DNA of 64,000 bases from Acidobacteriota bacterium (GCA_965209055.1 OZ242374.1:1472001-1536000); one strand, 5' to 3'. Shown: positions 17,906-27,955, counted from the stretch's first letter. A program made the numbers and translations. The notes: generated by a model from the sequence alone, not told the origin.

Positions 17906-18514
17906 TCAATTGGAGCGGCGGCGATAGACGGCGGCGAACACGGTCCGCAAGGGAGAGACGCAGTAGTTCTCGATGATCTGCTTGCCGACCTGGGGCCGAA
18001 AGCAGTGCTCCAGGTAGGGAGCGCCCACTCTGAAGGAGAGCCGCATGATGTCGGCCCCTTCGCCTCTTTTCTCCACGGCGAAAGCGGCCTGCACACTGGG
18101 TTCCAGGAGGAAGATCTGGTTGTAGCGGAGTTTCTTTTCCTTCAGCTCAAATGGCGCGGGCACGATTTCAGCCCCCAGGTGCCGGTAGTGGGTCACGAGC
18201 CGACGCAGAAAATCGTCGTAGTCGAATGATTCCACCTTGTTGTTGACGCTCACTTCGAGAATGAACGCGTCCTCAAGCCAGGCGGAACGCAATCCGTAAG
18301 TGAAGTCCAGATCGCCCTTGTTGAACTTGATCCGGTGGCCCTTGTCGTCGTGGAAGCGCTTGAGCTCCTCGGTGCCCTGCTGGCCGGGAAGGTTCGCCAC
18401 CTGCTCGCTGGTGATGTAGAAGCTGGCGACGTTGTCGTACCAACTGTCGATGATGTTGCCGAGGATCTTGTCGGCAGCGTGCTCAATCGTCTCGGCGTTA
18501 GCGGTGGTCAACAT
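17906..18514 (-). CDS. Hypothetical protein
   Basis: 202-aa ORF with normal protein composition and a sigma70-like promoter upstream; no recognised motif. Confidence 0.75.
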   Translation of the reverse strand: MLTTANAETIEHAADKILGNIIDSWYDNVASFYITSEQVANLPGQQGTEELKRFHDDKGHRIKFNKGDLDFTYGLRSAWLEDAFILEVSVNNKVESFDYDDFLRRLVTHYRHLGAEIVPAPFELKEKKLRYNQIFLLEPSVQAAFAVEKRGEGADIMRLSFRVGAPYLEHCFRPQVGKQIIENYCVSPLRTVFAAVYRRRSN

Positions 18515-18525
18515 GCGGCCCGAAG

Positions 18526-18555
18526 ATTGTAAACCAACCCCCGAAATCGTGTAAA
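18526..18555 (-). promoter_or_regulatory. Sigma70-type promoter TTTACA-N18-TACAAT
   Basis: Reverse complement TTTACAcgatttcgggggttggttTACAAT, 11 nt before ATG 18514. Confidence 0.6.
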
Positions 18556-18595
18556 TAGCCTCCCCGCAGTTTTGTGGGTGGCGTTCGTCCGCATT

Positions 18596-19777
18596 TCATT
18601 CATGCGCCAACCGTGGCGTTGCCTTCAGGCCGCCTCGTCCCAGTCCCGGCGGCAGCTTCAAGGCCAGAACGAACCCCGGCACGGTGAGGAGAACGATGAC
18701 CGTCATGGACAATTGAAGGCCGACCGTCTGACTGGCCAATCCAAACACAGGCAGTAGCAATCCACCCACGCCCCAGGCGAACCCCATGAGCAGCGCGGAA
18801 ATCGTGGAAGTGGCCTCCGGAACGATCTGTTGGGCCATCACCACGTTGACGGGAGAAGTGGAGAGCAGGACGGCGCCTCCCAAAATGCACAGCACGACGG
18901 AAATCGGTCCCTGAGACCAGAGAAACGCCATGAGCAACGGCAAGCCGCCGAACATGGAGAGAGCCAGGACGCTCTTCCCGCCGAAGCGGTCGCTCAGGAG
19001 GCCCCCCAGGAAACCCGCACTGCCGCCGGCCAGCAGAAACAGACTCAGAATCAGGGCCGCCCGCGACTCGTCGTATCCGTTCAGAGTCAGATAAAAGGGA
19101 AGAAACGCGACGAAGATGATCTGGATGGTTCCTCGGATGACCACCAGCAGATAGAGGATCAGAAGCGGCTTTCGTTGCTCCAGAAGCCGCGAAAGAAGAG
19201 TCCTGTGGTGGAGTGCGGCCGTCTGGGACGGGGATGGACCGTAAAGGATGAGATACAGGCTCATGGCGACCCCCGGCACGCCGGCCCAGAGGCTGGATCC
19301 CAGGCCCACGAGGGCAATCACGGTGGTGATATAGACCGGGCCCAGGGCGTAGCCGAGCATGCCGGTGGTGACGAAGACCGACATGTGGAGGCCCTTTCTG
19401 CGGCCGGAGGACTCCGAGACCATGGACGCCGCCTGGGGGTGAAACGCCGAGATCCCGGCGCCGCCCAGGATGACCATCACCAACAGCGCCCAGAAATTGG
19501 GAGCCAGGCCCAGGCCGGAGATGAAGATCCCCGCCAGTCCGGGTCCCAGCGCGGTGAAGACGCGGTTCCGCAGCCGGTCCGCCAGGTAGCCGTAGACGGG
19601 CTGCATGAATGCGCTGGAAAAACTCAGGACGCCTCCCAGTATCCCGGCTTCGGCCAGCGACAGGTCCAGTTGCTGGTGGAGAAAGGGCAGGAACGCCCCG
19701 AACATGCTGGCGTAGCAGTCGATGAAGAAGTGACCGCCGGACATTGAAACCACCGGCCTCGGGACTCTGAACGACAT
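18596..19777 (-). CDS. MFS transporter (Fsr-like)
   Basis: GHFFIDCY, QPVYGYLADR, SAFHPQA, GGLLSDRFGGK; about 12 TM segments. Confidence 0.9.
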   Translation of the reverse strand: MSFRVPRPVVSMSGGHFFIDCYASMFGAFLPFLHQQLDLSLAEAGILGGVLSFSSAFMQPVYGYLADRLRNRVFTALGPGLAGIFISGLGLAPNFWALLVMVILGGAGISAFHPQAASMVSESSGRRKGLHMSVFVTTGMLGYALGPVYITTVIALVGLGSSLWAGVPGVAMSLYLILYGPSPSQTAALHHRTLLSRLLEQRKPLLILYLLVVIRGTIQIIFVAFLPFYLTLNGYDESRAALILSLFLLAGGSAGFLGGLLSDRFGGKSVLALSMFGGLPLLMAFLWSQGPISVVLCILGGAVLLSTSPVNVVMAQQIVPEATSTISALLMGFAWGVGGLLLPVFGLASQTVGLQLSMTVIVLLTVPGFVLALKLPPGLGRGGLKATPRLAHE

Positions 19778-19859
19778 GGCCGCGCTATTCTCGCACAATC
19801 CGCCGCGGCGCAGGACCGCTCCTCCTGGAGCCCTTTTCGGCGCGGCGCGCTGGATTAAA

Positions 19860-20885
19860 ATGAAAGGCGATTTGAAGCTGGACGAATTCGACTACGAACT
19901 GCCGCGGCGCCTCATCGCCCAACGTCCCCGGTCTCCCCGCGACGGCTCGAGGTTGATGGTGCTCCGCCGGAAGACCGCCACCCGGGAACACGCCCGGTTC
20001 GCCGATCTCCCCGGTCTCGTGTCGGAGCGGGACCTCCTGGTGTTGAACGACTCCCGAGTGCTGCCCGCCCGGCTGGCGGCCGTCAAGGAGACGGGGGGGC
20101 GGGTCGAGGTGTTGTTGCTGGATGCACTCGAGGGTCATGTCTGGCGGACCCTGCTCAAGCCGGGCCGTCGGGCCCGCGCCGGCGACCTGCTCACCGTACA
20201 TCCCGAATTGCTGTCGATTCGGGTGTTGGACGATCCCGGTCCCGCCGTCCGCCAGGTCCGCCTCAAACCCGCCGGGGATCTGCAGGAGGTCCTGGAGCAA
20301 GTGGGGCGCCCGCCCCTCCCGCCCTACATTCGCCGGCAAGTCGATTCCCGGGACCGCGAAGCCTATCAGACGGTGTACGCCGCCCGGCCGGGTTCGGCGG
20401 CGGCCCCGACGGCAGGACTTCACTTCACCGAGGCGCTCCTCTCCCGCCTGAACCACTGCAAGATCACGTTGCACGTGGGTTACGGCACGTTCCAACCCGT
20501 CGTGGCGGATCGGGTCGACGACCACCGCATGCACTCGGAGTACTACGAGGTGTCGGCGGAATCGGCGCGGAGGATTCGGCGCCACCGCAAGGCGGGGGGA
20601 CGCGTCATCGCGGTGGGGACCACGTCGACACGGGTCCTGGAGCAGGTCTGGCTGCGCCACGGCGACGTGGTGGAGGACCGGGGATGGACCGACCTCTTCG
20701 TCAAGCCGGGTTTCGAATTCCAAGGCATCGACGGTCTCATCACCAACTTCCACCTCCCCCGGACATCACTGCTGCTCCTGGTATCGGCGTTTGCCGGAAA
20801 CCGCCTGCTGAAAGAAAGCTACCGGGAGGCCGTCCACCGCGGCTACCGCTTCTACAGCTACGGTGACGCCATGCTCATTGTCTGA
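19860..20885 (+). CDS. queA: S-adenosylmethionine:tRNA ribosyltransferase-isomerase
   Basis: FDYELP..IAQRP, PLPPYI, YQTVYA, AAPTAGLHFT, TLHVGYGTF, TNFHLP, YRFYSYGDAM. Confidence 0.97.
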   Translation: MKGDLKLDEFDYELPRRLIAQRPRSPRDGSRLMVLRRKTATREHARFADLPGLVSERDLLVLNDSRVLPARLAAVKETGGRVEVLLLDALEGHVWRTLLKPGRRARAGDLLTVHPELLSIRVLDDPGPAVRQVRLKPAGDLQEVLEQVGRPPLPPYIRRQVDSRDREAYQTVYAARPGSAAAPTAGLHFTEALLSRLNHCKITLHVGYGTFQPVVADRVDDHRMHSEYYEVSAESARRIRRHRKAGGRVIAVGTTSTRVLEQVWLRHGDVVEDRGWTDLFVKPGFEFQGIDGLITNFHLPRTSLLLLVSAFAGNRLLKESYREAVHRGYRFYSYGDAMLIV

Positions 20886-20906
20886 GGGGGGAGAGAAGAC
20901 AGGAGG

Positions 20907-20927
20907 GCGCCCATGCAAAAGGGGCGC
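20907..20927. terminator. Putative hairpin between convergent queA and sigma factor genes
   Basis: GCGCCC-N9-GGGCGC inverted repeat. Confidence 0.35.
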
Positions 20928-20932
20928 ACCTG

Positions 20933-21901
20933 CTAGGAAATGAGGGCGAACTCCACGTCGGTGACGTTCTTCAGGGCCTCTTGCATGTAGGCCTTGATCT
21001 TCTTGGTCAACGTGATCTGGTTGAGGCGGATCGCTTCCCGGCTCACACCGAAGCGCGTCGCCAACTGTTGCAGCGTCTTGGGCTCCTCGGCGATGAGGCG
21101 CTCGTTCAGGATGGCCCGTTCCCTTTCGGTCAGGGTTTCGGCGAACTCTCGAAACTTGTGGGCGAACAGCCGTTTCAACTCGCCACGGGCCAGCGTCTCC
21201 TCCACCAGTTCTCCGGTGGCCTCAAGCGTGTCCGCATGCCGGATGGTCCGGTTGGGATCGATATAGTTGTCCAGGCTCAGGTCGGAGGACTCGATGGCGT
21301 GCTGCACCGCCCGGACCTCCTTGACGGGCACATCGAGTTTCTTGGCGATCAGCGCCGACGTCGGCTCGATTCCCTGAAGCCGTAACTTCTCCTTCTCTTT
21401 GCGCAGGTTGAAAAGAAGCTTGCGCCGCTGGTTGGTGGTTCCGATCCGGACGATCCGGAAATTGTCCATGATGAACTTGATGATGTAGGCCTTGATCCAC
21501 CAGGAGGCGTAGGTGGGCAGCCGGGTCCCCCTGTCGGGATCGAATCGGCCCAGAGCCTGGATCAGGCCGATGTTCCCTTCCTGGATCAGGTCCATGACGT
21601 TTTTGTAGACGCGACGGTAGATGAAGGCGATCTTGACCACCAGGTTCAGGTTGGAGGTGACCAGGCGATACGCCGCCTCCTGATCGCCTTCCTGCTGGTA
21701 GCGCCGGATCAGCACCTGTTCCTCTTCCGCCGTCAGCGGTTCGAACTGGCTGATCTCCAGAAGGTAGCGCCGGAGCGGGTCCAGGTTGGCCAGCTTGGCT
21801 TCTTCCCGGGAGGGCAGCCGGCTGGTCTTCTCGCCCAGGAAGGCCTCGAGGTGTTCGGACTCGGGAGCGGAGCCGGCCGGCCCCGGAGGCTGGGAAACCA
21901 T
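20933..21901 (-). CDS. RNA polymerase sigma factor, RpoH/sigma-32-like
   Basis: DPLRRYLLEI, LVTSNLNLVVKIA, DLIQEGNIGL, TYASWWIKAYI, RpoH-box-like TTNQRRKLLFNLRK, region 4 HTH. Confidence 0.9.
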   Translation of the reverse strand: MVSQPPGPAGSAPESEHLEAFLGEKTSRLPSREEAKLANLDPLRRYLLEISQFEPLTAEEEQVLIRRYQQEGDQEAAYRLVTSNLNLVVKIAFIYRRVYKNVMDLIQEGNIGLIQALGRFDPDRGTRLPTYASWWIKAYIIKFIMDNFRIVRIGTTNQRRKLLFNLRKEKEKLRLQGIEPTSALIAKKLDVPVKEVRAVQHAIESSDLSLDNYIDPNRTIRHADTLEATGELVEETLARGELKRLFAHKFREFAETLTERERAILNERLIAEEPKTLQQLATRFGVSREAIRLNQITLTKKIKAYMQEALKNVTDVEFALIS

Positions 21902-21927
21902 GGGCGAATCTTATCAGACCAGCAGAT

Positions 21928-23289
21928 CTAGAGGCCCAGGAGCCGGGCGATCTGCTCCTTGTCGGGGGGCACCTGGACCGGGGCGTTGGCGTAGGTGGAT
22001 CGGATCTTCCCGTGTTTGTCGACGATCCGGTTCTTGTAGGCAGCGTGCTCGTAGAGGCTGTCCAAGTGGTAGTTGACCGTGTAGTCGGGGTCCTTGAGCT
22101 GATGCCCCGTCAGGATGGCCACGACGTTCTCGCCAGGGTCGATGGTCACCTCGGGACGCTCCTCGCTGCCGGCATCCAGCAAGCGCTTGAGGCCCGCCAC
22201 CGTGGTGGCCGAAGCGGGTTCGCACCCGATCCCGTCCCGTCCCAGGATCGCCTTGGCGTCTGCGATCTCCTGCTCCGTCACCTCGTCGCACCAGCCGTCG
22301 GAGAACTGGAGGGCCCGGACCGCCTTCTTCCAACTGATGGGCTGACCGATCTTGATGGCGCTGGCCAGGGTCCAGGCATCGTTGACCGGGACCAGTTCCT
22401 GCGAACTGGTCACCAGAGTCCGATAGAGAGGGTCGGCTCCCTCGGCCTGGATGATGGTGATTCTGGGAATTCTGTCGATCATTCCCAACTCTTTCAGCTC
22501 CATCAGGACCTTGCCGTAGGAGGAGCTGTTTCCCAGATTGCCGCCGGGCACCACGATCCGGTCCGGACTCTGCCATTCCAGTTGATCCAGCAACTCCAGG
22601 ATCACCGTCTTCTGGCCCTCCAGGCGGAAGGGATTGATGGAGTTCATCAGGTAGAGGTCGGTCTCGGCGGCCAGCTCCTGAACCAGTTTCATGGCGACGT
22701 CGAAGTTGCCCTGGATCTGCAGCGTCAAGGCGCCGTAGTCCAGGGCCTGGGCCAGCTTGCCGAATGCGATCTGGCCCTCGGGAAGAAAGACGACGGACCG
22801 CAGGCCCGCCCGGGCGCAATAGGCGGCCATGGAGGCGGACGTGTTTCCGGTTGAGGCGCAGCCGACGACCTCGGCGCCGAGCCGGATCGCCTGGGAAACG
22901 GCCACGGTCATGCCGTAGTCCTTGAACGATCCGCTGGGATTCCACCCCAGGTTTTTCACCTGCAGCCGTTCCAGGCCCACGTATTCGGCACATCGGGGAG
23001 CGTCCAGGACGGGGTTGTTTCCCTCCCCCATCGTCACCACCCGTTCCAGGTCGCCGGCTTCGAAGGGGAGCAGTTCTCGATATCGCCACACTCCGCTCAC
23101 GTCGATGGGTCGATTTGAGAGTCGCCTCCGCAAGAAGCTCTCCCTGAGGGAATCCACCTCGAACCGGCTGAAGTCATAGGCGATGTCCAACAGGTCCCGG
23201 CAACCGGGGCACTGGTAGAGCTTTTCCCGGATGGGGAACTCCTGGAGGCAGGAGTCATTGATGCAGCGGAAGTGAAACCACTCGCTCAT
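21928..23289 (-). CDS. thrC: Threonine synthase
   Basis: SGVWRYRELLP, NPSGSFKDYGM, CASTGNTSAS, NSINPFRLEGQKT, PGGNLGN, EPASA, LTGHQLKD. Confidence 0.95.
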   Translation of the reverse strand: MSEWFHFRCINDSCLQEFPIREKLYQCPGCRDLLDIAYDFSRFEVDSLRESFLRRRLSNRPIDVSGVWRYRELLPFEAGDLERVVTMGEGNNPVLDAPRCAEYVGLERLQVKNLGWNPSGSFKDYGMTVAVSQAIRLGAEVVGCASTGNTSASMAAYCARAGLRSVVFLPEGQIAFGKLAQALDYGALTLQIQGNFDVAMKLVQELAAETDLYLMNSINPFRLEGQKTVILELLDQLEWQSPDRIVVPGGNLGNSSSYGKVLMELKELGMIDRIPRITIIQAEGADPLYRTLVTSSQELVPVNDAWTLASAIKIGQPISWKKAVRALQFSDGWCDEVTEQEIADAKAILGRDGIGCEPASATTVAGLKRLLDAGSEERPEVTIDPGENVVAILTGHQLKDPDYTVNYHLDSLYEHAAYKNRIVDKHGKIRSTYANAPVQVPPDKEQIARLLGL

Positions 23290-23861
23290 TCGGCCAAGAG
23301 GTGACGGATTCGGCTCACGACTTCGGGAGAGTTCCAGACGTACATTCCCACGTGGTGCAACGCCAGTCTTCCACGAGCGTCGACGATCAGAGTGGTCGGC
23401 AGCCCGATGACCTGAAAACGTCCCTGCAGGATCCGGTCAGGATCCGACAGCAGCAGGAAGGGATAGTCGGCGCCCGTTTCTTCGAGAAACGTCCGGACAG
23501 CTTCGGGATCCTCCCAACTGACGGCGGCAATCGCCAGGCCTTCCCTGGAAAGCCGCCGGTGAAGGTCGGCCAGGTAGGGCATTTCGAGACGGCAGGGTCC
23601 GCACCAAGTGGCCCAGGCGTTGATCAACAGGGCCTTGCCCCTCAGTCCCTTCAAGGGGACTCGCTCTCCGTCGAGAGTCGCCAGCGATCCGGAAAGATCC
23701 AGAACCGGCCGCTCGCCGGCAGGAATCCATGACCGGTCGAGAAAGCCTTGCGAACCGGCGGCCTCCAAGCCACAGACTGGAAGCATTGCCGGAACCGCGG
23801 CCGCCATCAGGAGGACGGCGCCCCCGTAAACCCCGATTCTTCTACCCGACCACCTGTCCAT
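23286..23861 (-). CDS. TlpA family thiol-disulfide oxidoreductase
   Basis: N-terminal anchor, INAWATWCGPCRLEMP, GLPTTLIVD; start uncertain. Confidence 0.88.
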   Translation of the reverse strand: MDRWSGRRIGVYGGAVLLMAAAVPAMLPVCGLEAAGSQGFLDRSWIPAGERPVLDLSGSLATLDGERVPLKGLRGKALLINAWATWCGPCRLEMPYLADLHRRLSREGLAIAAVSWEDPEAVRTFLEETGADYPFLLLSDPDRILQGRFQVIGLPTTLIVDARGRLALHHVGMYVWNSPEVVSRIRHLLAE

Positions 23862-23976
23862 TCCCACTACCACTATAGCAGCACGGCAGGAGAGGAGCGC
23901 CCGTAGTAGACTGTGCGAGCCGCGGGAACCGGGGTATGAAATCGGTCCTGTCCCGGACGACTGCGCGTACGTCGCC

Positions 23977-24702
23977 ATGAAAGTGTCGCTGTTCGTGACT
24001 TGCCTGGTGGATCAGGTCTTTCCCCAGGTGGGACTCAGCACCATCAGAATCCTGAACCGGTTGGGGGTCGACGTCGATTTCGACGAGCGGCAGGCGTGTT
24101 GCGGCCAACCGGCGTTCAACAGCGGTCATTCCGACGAGAGCCGCACCGTGGCCCGCGGATTCCTGGAAGCCTACGCCGGCTGCGGCCCCGTCGTGGTGCC
24201 TTCCGGATCGTGCGCCACCATGCTCAAGGTGTTCGTGCCGACTCTTTTCCCTCCTGACTCGAGGGACGGCCGGCTGGCCCGGGAGATCGCCGGGAGGACC
24301 TACGAGCTGTCCGACTTCCTGGTCTCGGTGCTGGGGGTGACCCGGACCGGCGCCCGCTTCCCGGAGGCCGTCACCTACCACGACTCCTGTCACCAGCTTC
24401 GGGAATTGGGAATCGCCCGGCAGCCGCGCCTCCTGATCCAGGGCGTCGAAGGAGTCCGCTTCCTGGAAATGCCCAACGCCGCCCGGTGTTGCGGGTTCGG
24501 CGGAACCTTCTCGGTCAAGTTCGCCGACGTTTCCGCGGCCATCGGAGAGGACAAGGTGGAGACGATTCACCAGTCGGGGGCCCGCTACGTGGTGGCCAAC
24601 GACGTCAGTTGCCTGATGCACATCGGCGGACTGCTCCAGCGCCGGGGGTCCCAGGTCCGGACCCTGCACCTGGCCGAGCTGTTGGCCAAGTTCGAGGAAT
24701 AG
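23977..24702 (+). CDS. lutA: L-lactate utilisation Fe-S protein A (CCG domains)
   Basis: SLFVTCLVD, QACCGQPAFNSG, SGSCATM, YHDSCH, CCGFGGTFSVK, SCLMHI. Confidence 0.93.
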   Translation: MKVSLFVTCLVDQVFPQVGLSTIRILNRLGVDVDFDERQACCGQPAFNSGHSDESRTVARGFLEAYAGCGPVVVPSGSCATMLKVFVPTLFPPDSRDGRLAREIAGRTYELSDFLVSVLGVTRTGARFPEAVTYHDSCHQLRELGIARQPRLLIQGVEGVRFLEMPNAARCCGFGGTFSVKFADVSAAIGEDKVETIHQSGARYVVANDVSCLMHIGGLLQRRGSQVRTLHLAELLAKFEE

Positions 24703-24706
24703 TTGG

Positions 24707-26125
24707 ATGCAGCTCAGGATCCGGCCCAACACCTCGGCGGTCTTGTCCGACGCCACCCTCCAGGCCAACCTGAAACCGGCGCTGGAAAAGTCGCTCCTGT
24801 CCCGGGACCGCGCCGTCGCGGAGGTCTCCAACTGGGAGGAGCTCCGTCAGCATGCCCACGACGTCAAGGCTCATACCCTCTCCCGCCTCGACCACTATCT
24901 GCAGGAGCTGGAGCGGAAGGTCATGGCTCAGGGCGGCAAGGTGGTCTGGGCCGACACCGGAGCCGAGGCCCTGGAATTCATCGTGGGCCTGCTCCAGGAG
25001 CGCGAGATCAAGAAGGTGGCCAAGAGCAAGACCATGCTGGGAGAGGAGATCCATCTCAATGAAGAGTTGGAGAAGGCCCAGTTCGACCCGGTGGAAACGG
25101 ACCTGGGCGAGTACATCATCCAGCTCTCCCGGGAGACGCCCTTTCACATCGTGACTCCGGCCCTGCACAAGTCGAAGGAGGAAGTGGTCGAGCTTTTCGG
25201 CCGCGAGTTGGACATGCCTCCCACCGACGACGTGGAGGCGATCACAGCCACCGCGAGAGCCGTCCTGAGACGCCATTTCCTGACGGCCGGCGCCGGGATC
25301 ACCGGCGTGAATTTCGGCGTCGCCGAAACCGGAACGCTGGTGGTGGTGGAAAACGAGGGGAACGTTCGCCTCTGCGCCTCCCTGCCGGAGGTGCACATCG
25401 CCATCATGGGGATCGAGAAGGTGATTCCCCGGGCCCGCGACCTGGCGGTGTTCCTGAAGCTCCTCTCCCGGAGCGCCACCGGGCAAAAGAGCACCAGCTA
25501 CGTCAATTTCATCAACGGGCCCCGCCGGGAGGGAGAGTGGGACGGCCCGCGGGAATTCTACCTGGTGCTGGTGGACAACGGCCGGAGCCGGATTCTGGCC
25601 GACCCGGAATTGAGGCAGACGCTGGCCTGCATCCGTTGCGGCGCCTGCCTGAACGTCTGCCCCGTGTACCAGCGGATCGGCGGACACGCTTACGGGTCCA
25701 CGTATCAGGGGCCGATCGGCGCCATTTTGACTCCCCAACTGACCTCGGCGGAGGAGGCGCCCGAACATCCCTTCGCATCCTCGCTCTGCGGTGCCTGCTA
25801 TGAGACCTGTCCGGTCAAGATCGAGATTCCGCACATCCTGCTGAAGCTGCGGGAACGGGTCCAGCGGAGCCGGCAGCGCCTGGCCCGGCATCTGCCGCTG
25901 GAGGCCTGGGCCATGCAGTTCTGGGCCTGGGCCATGAGCTCTCCCGGCCGGTATGGATTCCTGGGCAAGCTGATGCGCCGGGTCCAGCCCTACTTCGTGC
26001 GGAAGGGGCGAATGCGGGTGCCGATGCCCCCTTTCAGCGGGTGGGACCGGTACCGGGATCTGCCGCCGCTTCCTGAAAAGAGTTTCCGGGAGCAGTTCCA
26101 TGCGCTCGACAAGGAGGTGAAGTGA
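24707..26125 (+). CDS. lutB: L-lactate utilisation Fe-S protein B
   Basis: KSKTM, ETDLGEYIIQL, HIVTPALH, NEGN, CIRCGACLNVCPVY, SSLCGACYETCPVKI. Confidence 0.95.
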   Translation: MQLRIRPNTSAVLSDATLQANLKPALEKSLLSRDRAVAEVSNWEELRQHAHDVKAHTLSRLDHYLQELERKVMAQGGKVVWADTGAEALEFIVGLLQEREIKKVAKSKTMLGEEIHLNEELEKAQFDPVETDLGEYIIQLSRETPFHIVTPALHKSKEEVVELFGRELDMPPTDDVEAITATARAVLRRHFLTAGAGITGVNFGVAETGTLVVVENEGNVRLCASLPEVHIAIMGIEKVIPRARDLAVFLKLLSRSATGQKSTSYVNFINGPRREGEWDGPREFYLVLVDNGRSRILADPELRQTLACIRCGACLNVCPVYQRIGGHAYGSTYQGPIGAILTPQLTSAEEAPEHPFASSLCGACYETCPVKIEIPHILLKLRERVQRSRQRLARHLPLEAWAMQFWAWAMSSPGRYGFLGKLMRRVQPYFVRKGRMRVPMPPFSGWDRYRDLPPLPEKSFREQFHALDKEVK

Positions 26126-26817
26126 GCCGCCCGCGGATCCTGCAGAAAGTTCGTTCGGCCTGCGGCGCCGGCGCGCCGGTTCCGCTGCCGTCCGGATATC
26201 CCGAGGCCCCCAGATTCCAGGATCCGGTGGAGGTCTTCCGCCGGGAATTGGAGGCGGTGGGAGGCGTGTTTCTGGATGCCCGGAACCGGAGTCCGGCGGA
26301 GGTGCTCTCCCAAGTCCTGGAGCAGACGGGGCATACCGAGGTTTTCTGGGAAGAAGAGAAGATCTTCATCAAGCACGGCTTGCCCTACAGGCTGCGCCTG
26401 CCGGAGTCATTCTCCACCCCCAACCTGGTCTTCAGCTACCACTACCAGGGACGGGTCCGGCTCCCCATCACGCTGGCTGCCCACTCCATCGAGCTGAACC
26501 GGTTGGCCGCGATTCCCGTTTCCGCCTCCAGTGCCGCATTCGGCATCGCCGAGACCGGAACCGTCGTGCAGACGGTCGCGCCCGGCCGCGGACGGCTGCT
26601 CAACGTTCTTCCAGAGACCCACATCGTGTTTCTGGCGCATGGGGACCTCCTCTCCAACATGGATCAGCTCTTCGAAAGGATTCGGCCCGGAGAGAAGGGA
26701 AGCGCGCTCACCCTGGTCACGGGGCCGAGCCGGACCGCGGACATCGGAAAAGTGCTGGTCAAGGGGATGCACGGTCCCCGAAGGTGGTTCGTGATCCTGA
26801 CGGAGGGTGGCGGATGA
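26122..26817 (+). CDS. lutC: L-lactate utilisation protein C (LUD domain)
   Basis: GIAETGT, LVTGPSRTADI..KGMHGP; GTGA overlap with lutB. Confidence 0.9.
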   Translation: MSRPRILQKVRSACGAGAPVPLPSGYPEAPRFQDPVEVFRRELEAVGGVFLDARNRSPAEVLSQVLEQTGHTEVFWEEEKIFIKHGLPYRLRLPESFSTPNLVFSYHYQGRVRLPITLAAHSIELNRLAAIPVSASSAAFGIAETGTVVQTVAPGRGRLLNVLPETHIVFLAHGDLLSNMDQLFERIRPGEKGSALTLVTGPSRTADIGKVLVKGMHGPRRWFVILTEGGG

Positions 26818-27254
26818 GCCGGAGTGGCGAGAAGATGGCTGCGGGCCGGCACACCATCGTCAAGCGGCTGCATTTTTGCTACGGACACCGGCTGTTGGAT
26901 TACGACGGCAAGTGCGCCCACGCCCATGGACACAATGGAGTCCTGGAAATCGAGCTCTCCAGCCGCGAGTTGGACCATCGGGGCATGGTCTACGACTTCG
27001 GAGACGTGAAGAAAGAAGTCGCGCGCTTCATCGACGGGCAGTTGGATCATCGGATGCTTCTGCGGGAGGACGATCCCCTCATCGAAGCGTTGCGCAAGGT
27101 GGGGGAGAGCCCCTTCGTGATGAAGGCGAATCCCACCGCCGAGAACATCGCCAAGCTCATTTTCCACGAAGCCCGGGCGAGCCGCCTGCCGGTGAAGGCG
27201 GTTCGGCTCTGGGAAACGCATGACGCCTACGCCGAGTATCGCGGGGATGACTGA
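26814..27254 (+). CDS. queD: 6-carboxytetrahydropterin synthase
   Basis: FCYGHRL..GKCAHAHGHN, GMVYDF, LDHR, NPTAENIA, LWET; ATGA overlap with lutC. Confidence 0.92.
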   Translation: MSRSGEKMAAGRHTIVKRLHFCYGHRLLDYDGKCAHAHGHNGVLEIELSSRELDHRGMVYDFGDVKKEVARFIDGQLDHRMLLREDDPLIEALRKVGESPFVMKANPTAENIAKLIFHEARASRLPVKAVRLWETHDAYAEYRGDD

Positions 27255-27912
27255 TCGAACCGCTGTCCTGGTGAGCGGCGGACTGGACAGTTGCGTGATG
27301 CTGGTCATGCTGACCCGGCCGGCTCAATGGGTCAGTCCCGTCTACGTCAAATGCGGCCTGGTCTGGGAAAGCGAGGAACTGGCGCGGCTGGACGCTTTCC
27401 TGCAAGCCGTGGCTCATCCCCGAATCGACCCGGTTCAGGTTCTGGATCTGCCCATGAACGATGTCTACGGCGGGTTGTGGCACAGCTCCGGCGCCGGGAT
27501 TCCCGGCTACCATGAGCCGGACGAGCGGTGGGAGATTCCGGGGAGGAACCTGGTTCTCCTGGTCAAGGCGGCGGTGTGGTGCCGCCTCAACTCCGTGGGC
27601 AGGATCGCTCTGGGTATTCTGGGCACCAATCCCTTCTCCGACGCCACACCCGAATTCTTCGAGGGCCTGGAACGCACGCTGAGCCGCGGCCTGGATTTTC
27701 CGTTGCGTCTCCTGCGGCCCCTCGCGGGCATGTCCAAAGCCGAAGTGATCCGGTTGGGCCGGGATCTGCCGCTGGAGTTGACTCTCAGTTGTGCCGAGTC
27801 GCGGGACGGAGTGCACTGCGGCGTCTGCGGGAAGTGCAAGGAACGAATCGACGCCTTTGCCGAATCAGGGGTGCCCGATCCTACGGCCTACGCCGCTCCC
27901 CCGCCGGTTTGA
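27247..27912 (+). CDS. queC: 7-cyano-7-deazaguanine synthase (divergent QueC)
   Basis: PP-loop VLVSGGLDS, IPGRN, MSKAEVI, zinc site TLSC-x8-CGVCGKC. Confidence 0.85.
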   Translation: MTDRTAVLVSGGLDSCVMLVMLTRPAQWVSPVYVKCGLVWESEELARLDAFLQAVAHPRIDPVQVLDLPMNDVYGGLWHSSGAGIPGYHEPDERWEIPGRNLVLLVKAAVWCRLNSVGRIALGILGTNPFSDATPEFFEGLERTLSRGLDFPLRLLRPLAGMSKAEVIRLGRDLPLELTLSCAESRDGVHCGVCGKCKERIDAFAESGVPDPTAYAAPPPV

Positions 27913-27921
27913 AACCGGCGG
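27901..27921. terminator. Perfect inverted repeat at the queC stop, between convergent genes
   Basis: CCGCCGGTTT-G-AAACCGGCGG. Confidence 0.5.
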
Positions 27922-27955
27922 ATTCAGCCGCCCGTCCCGCCCCGCGCTTCTCCCG

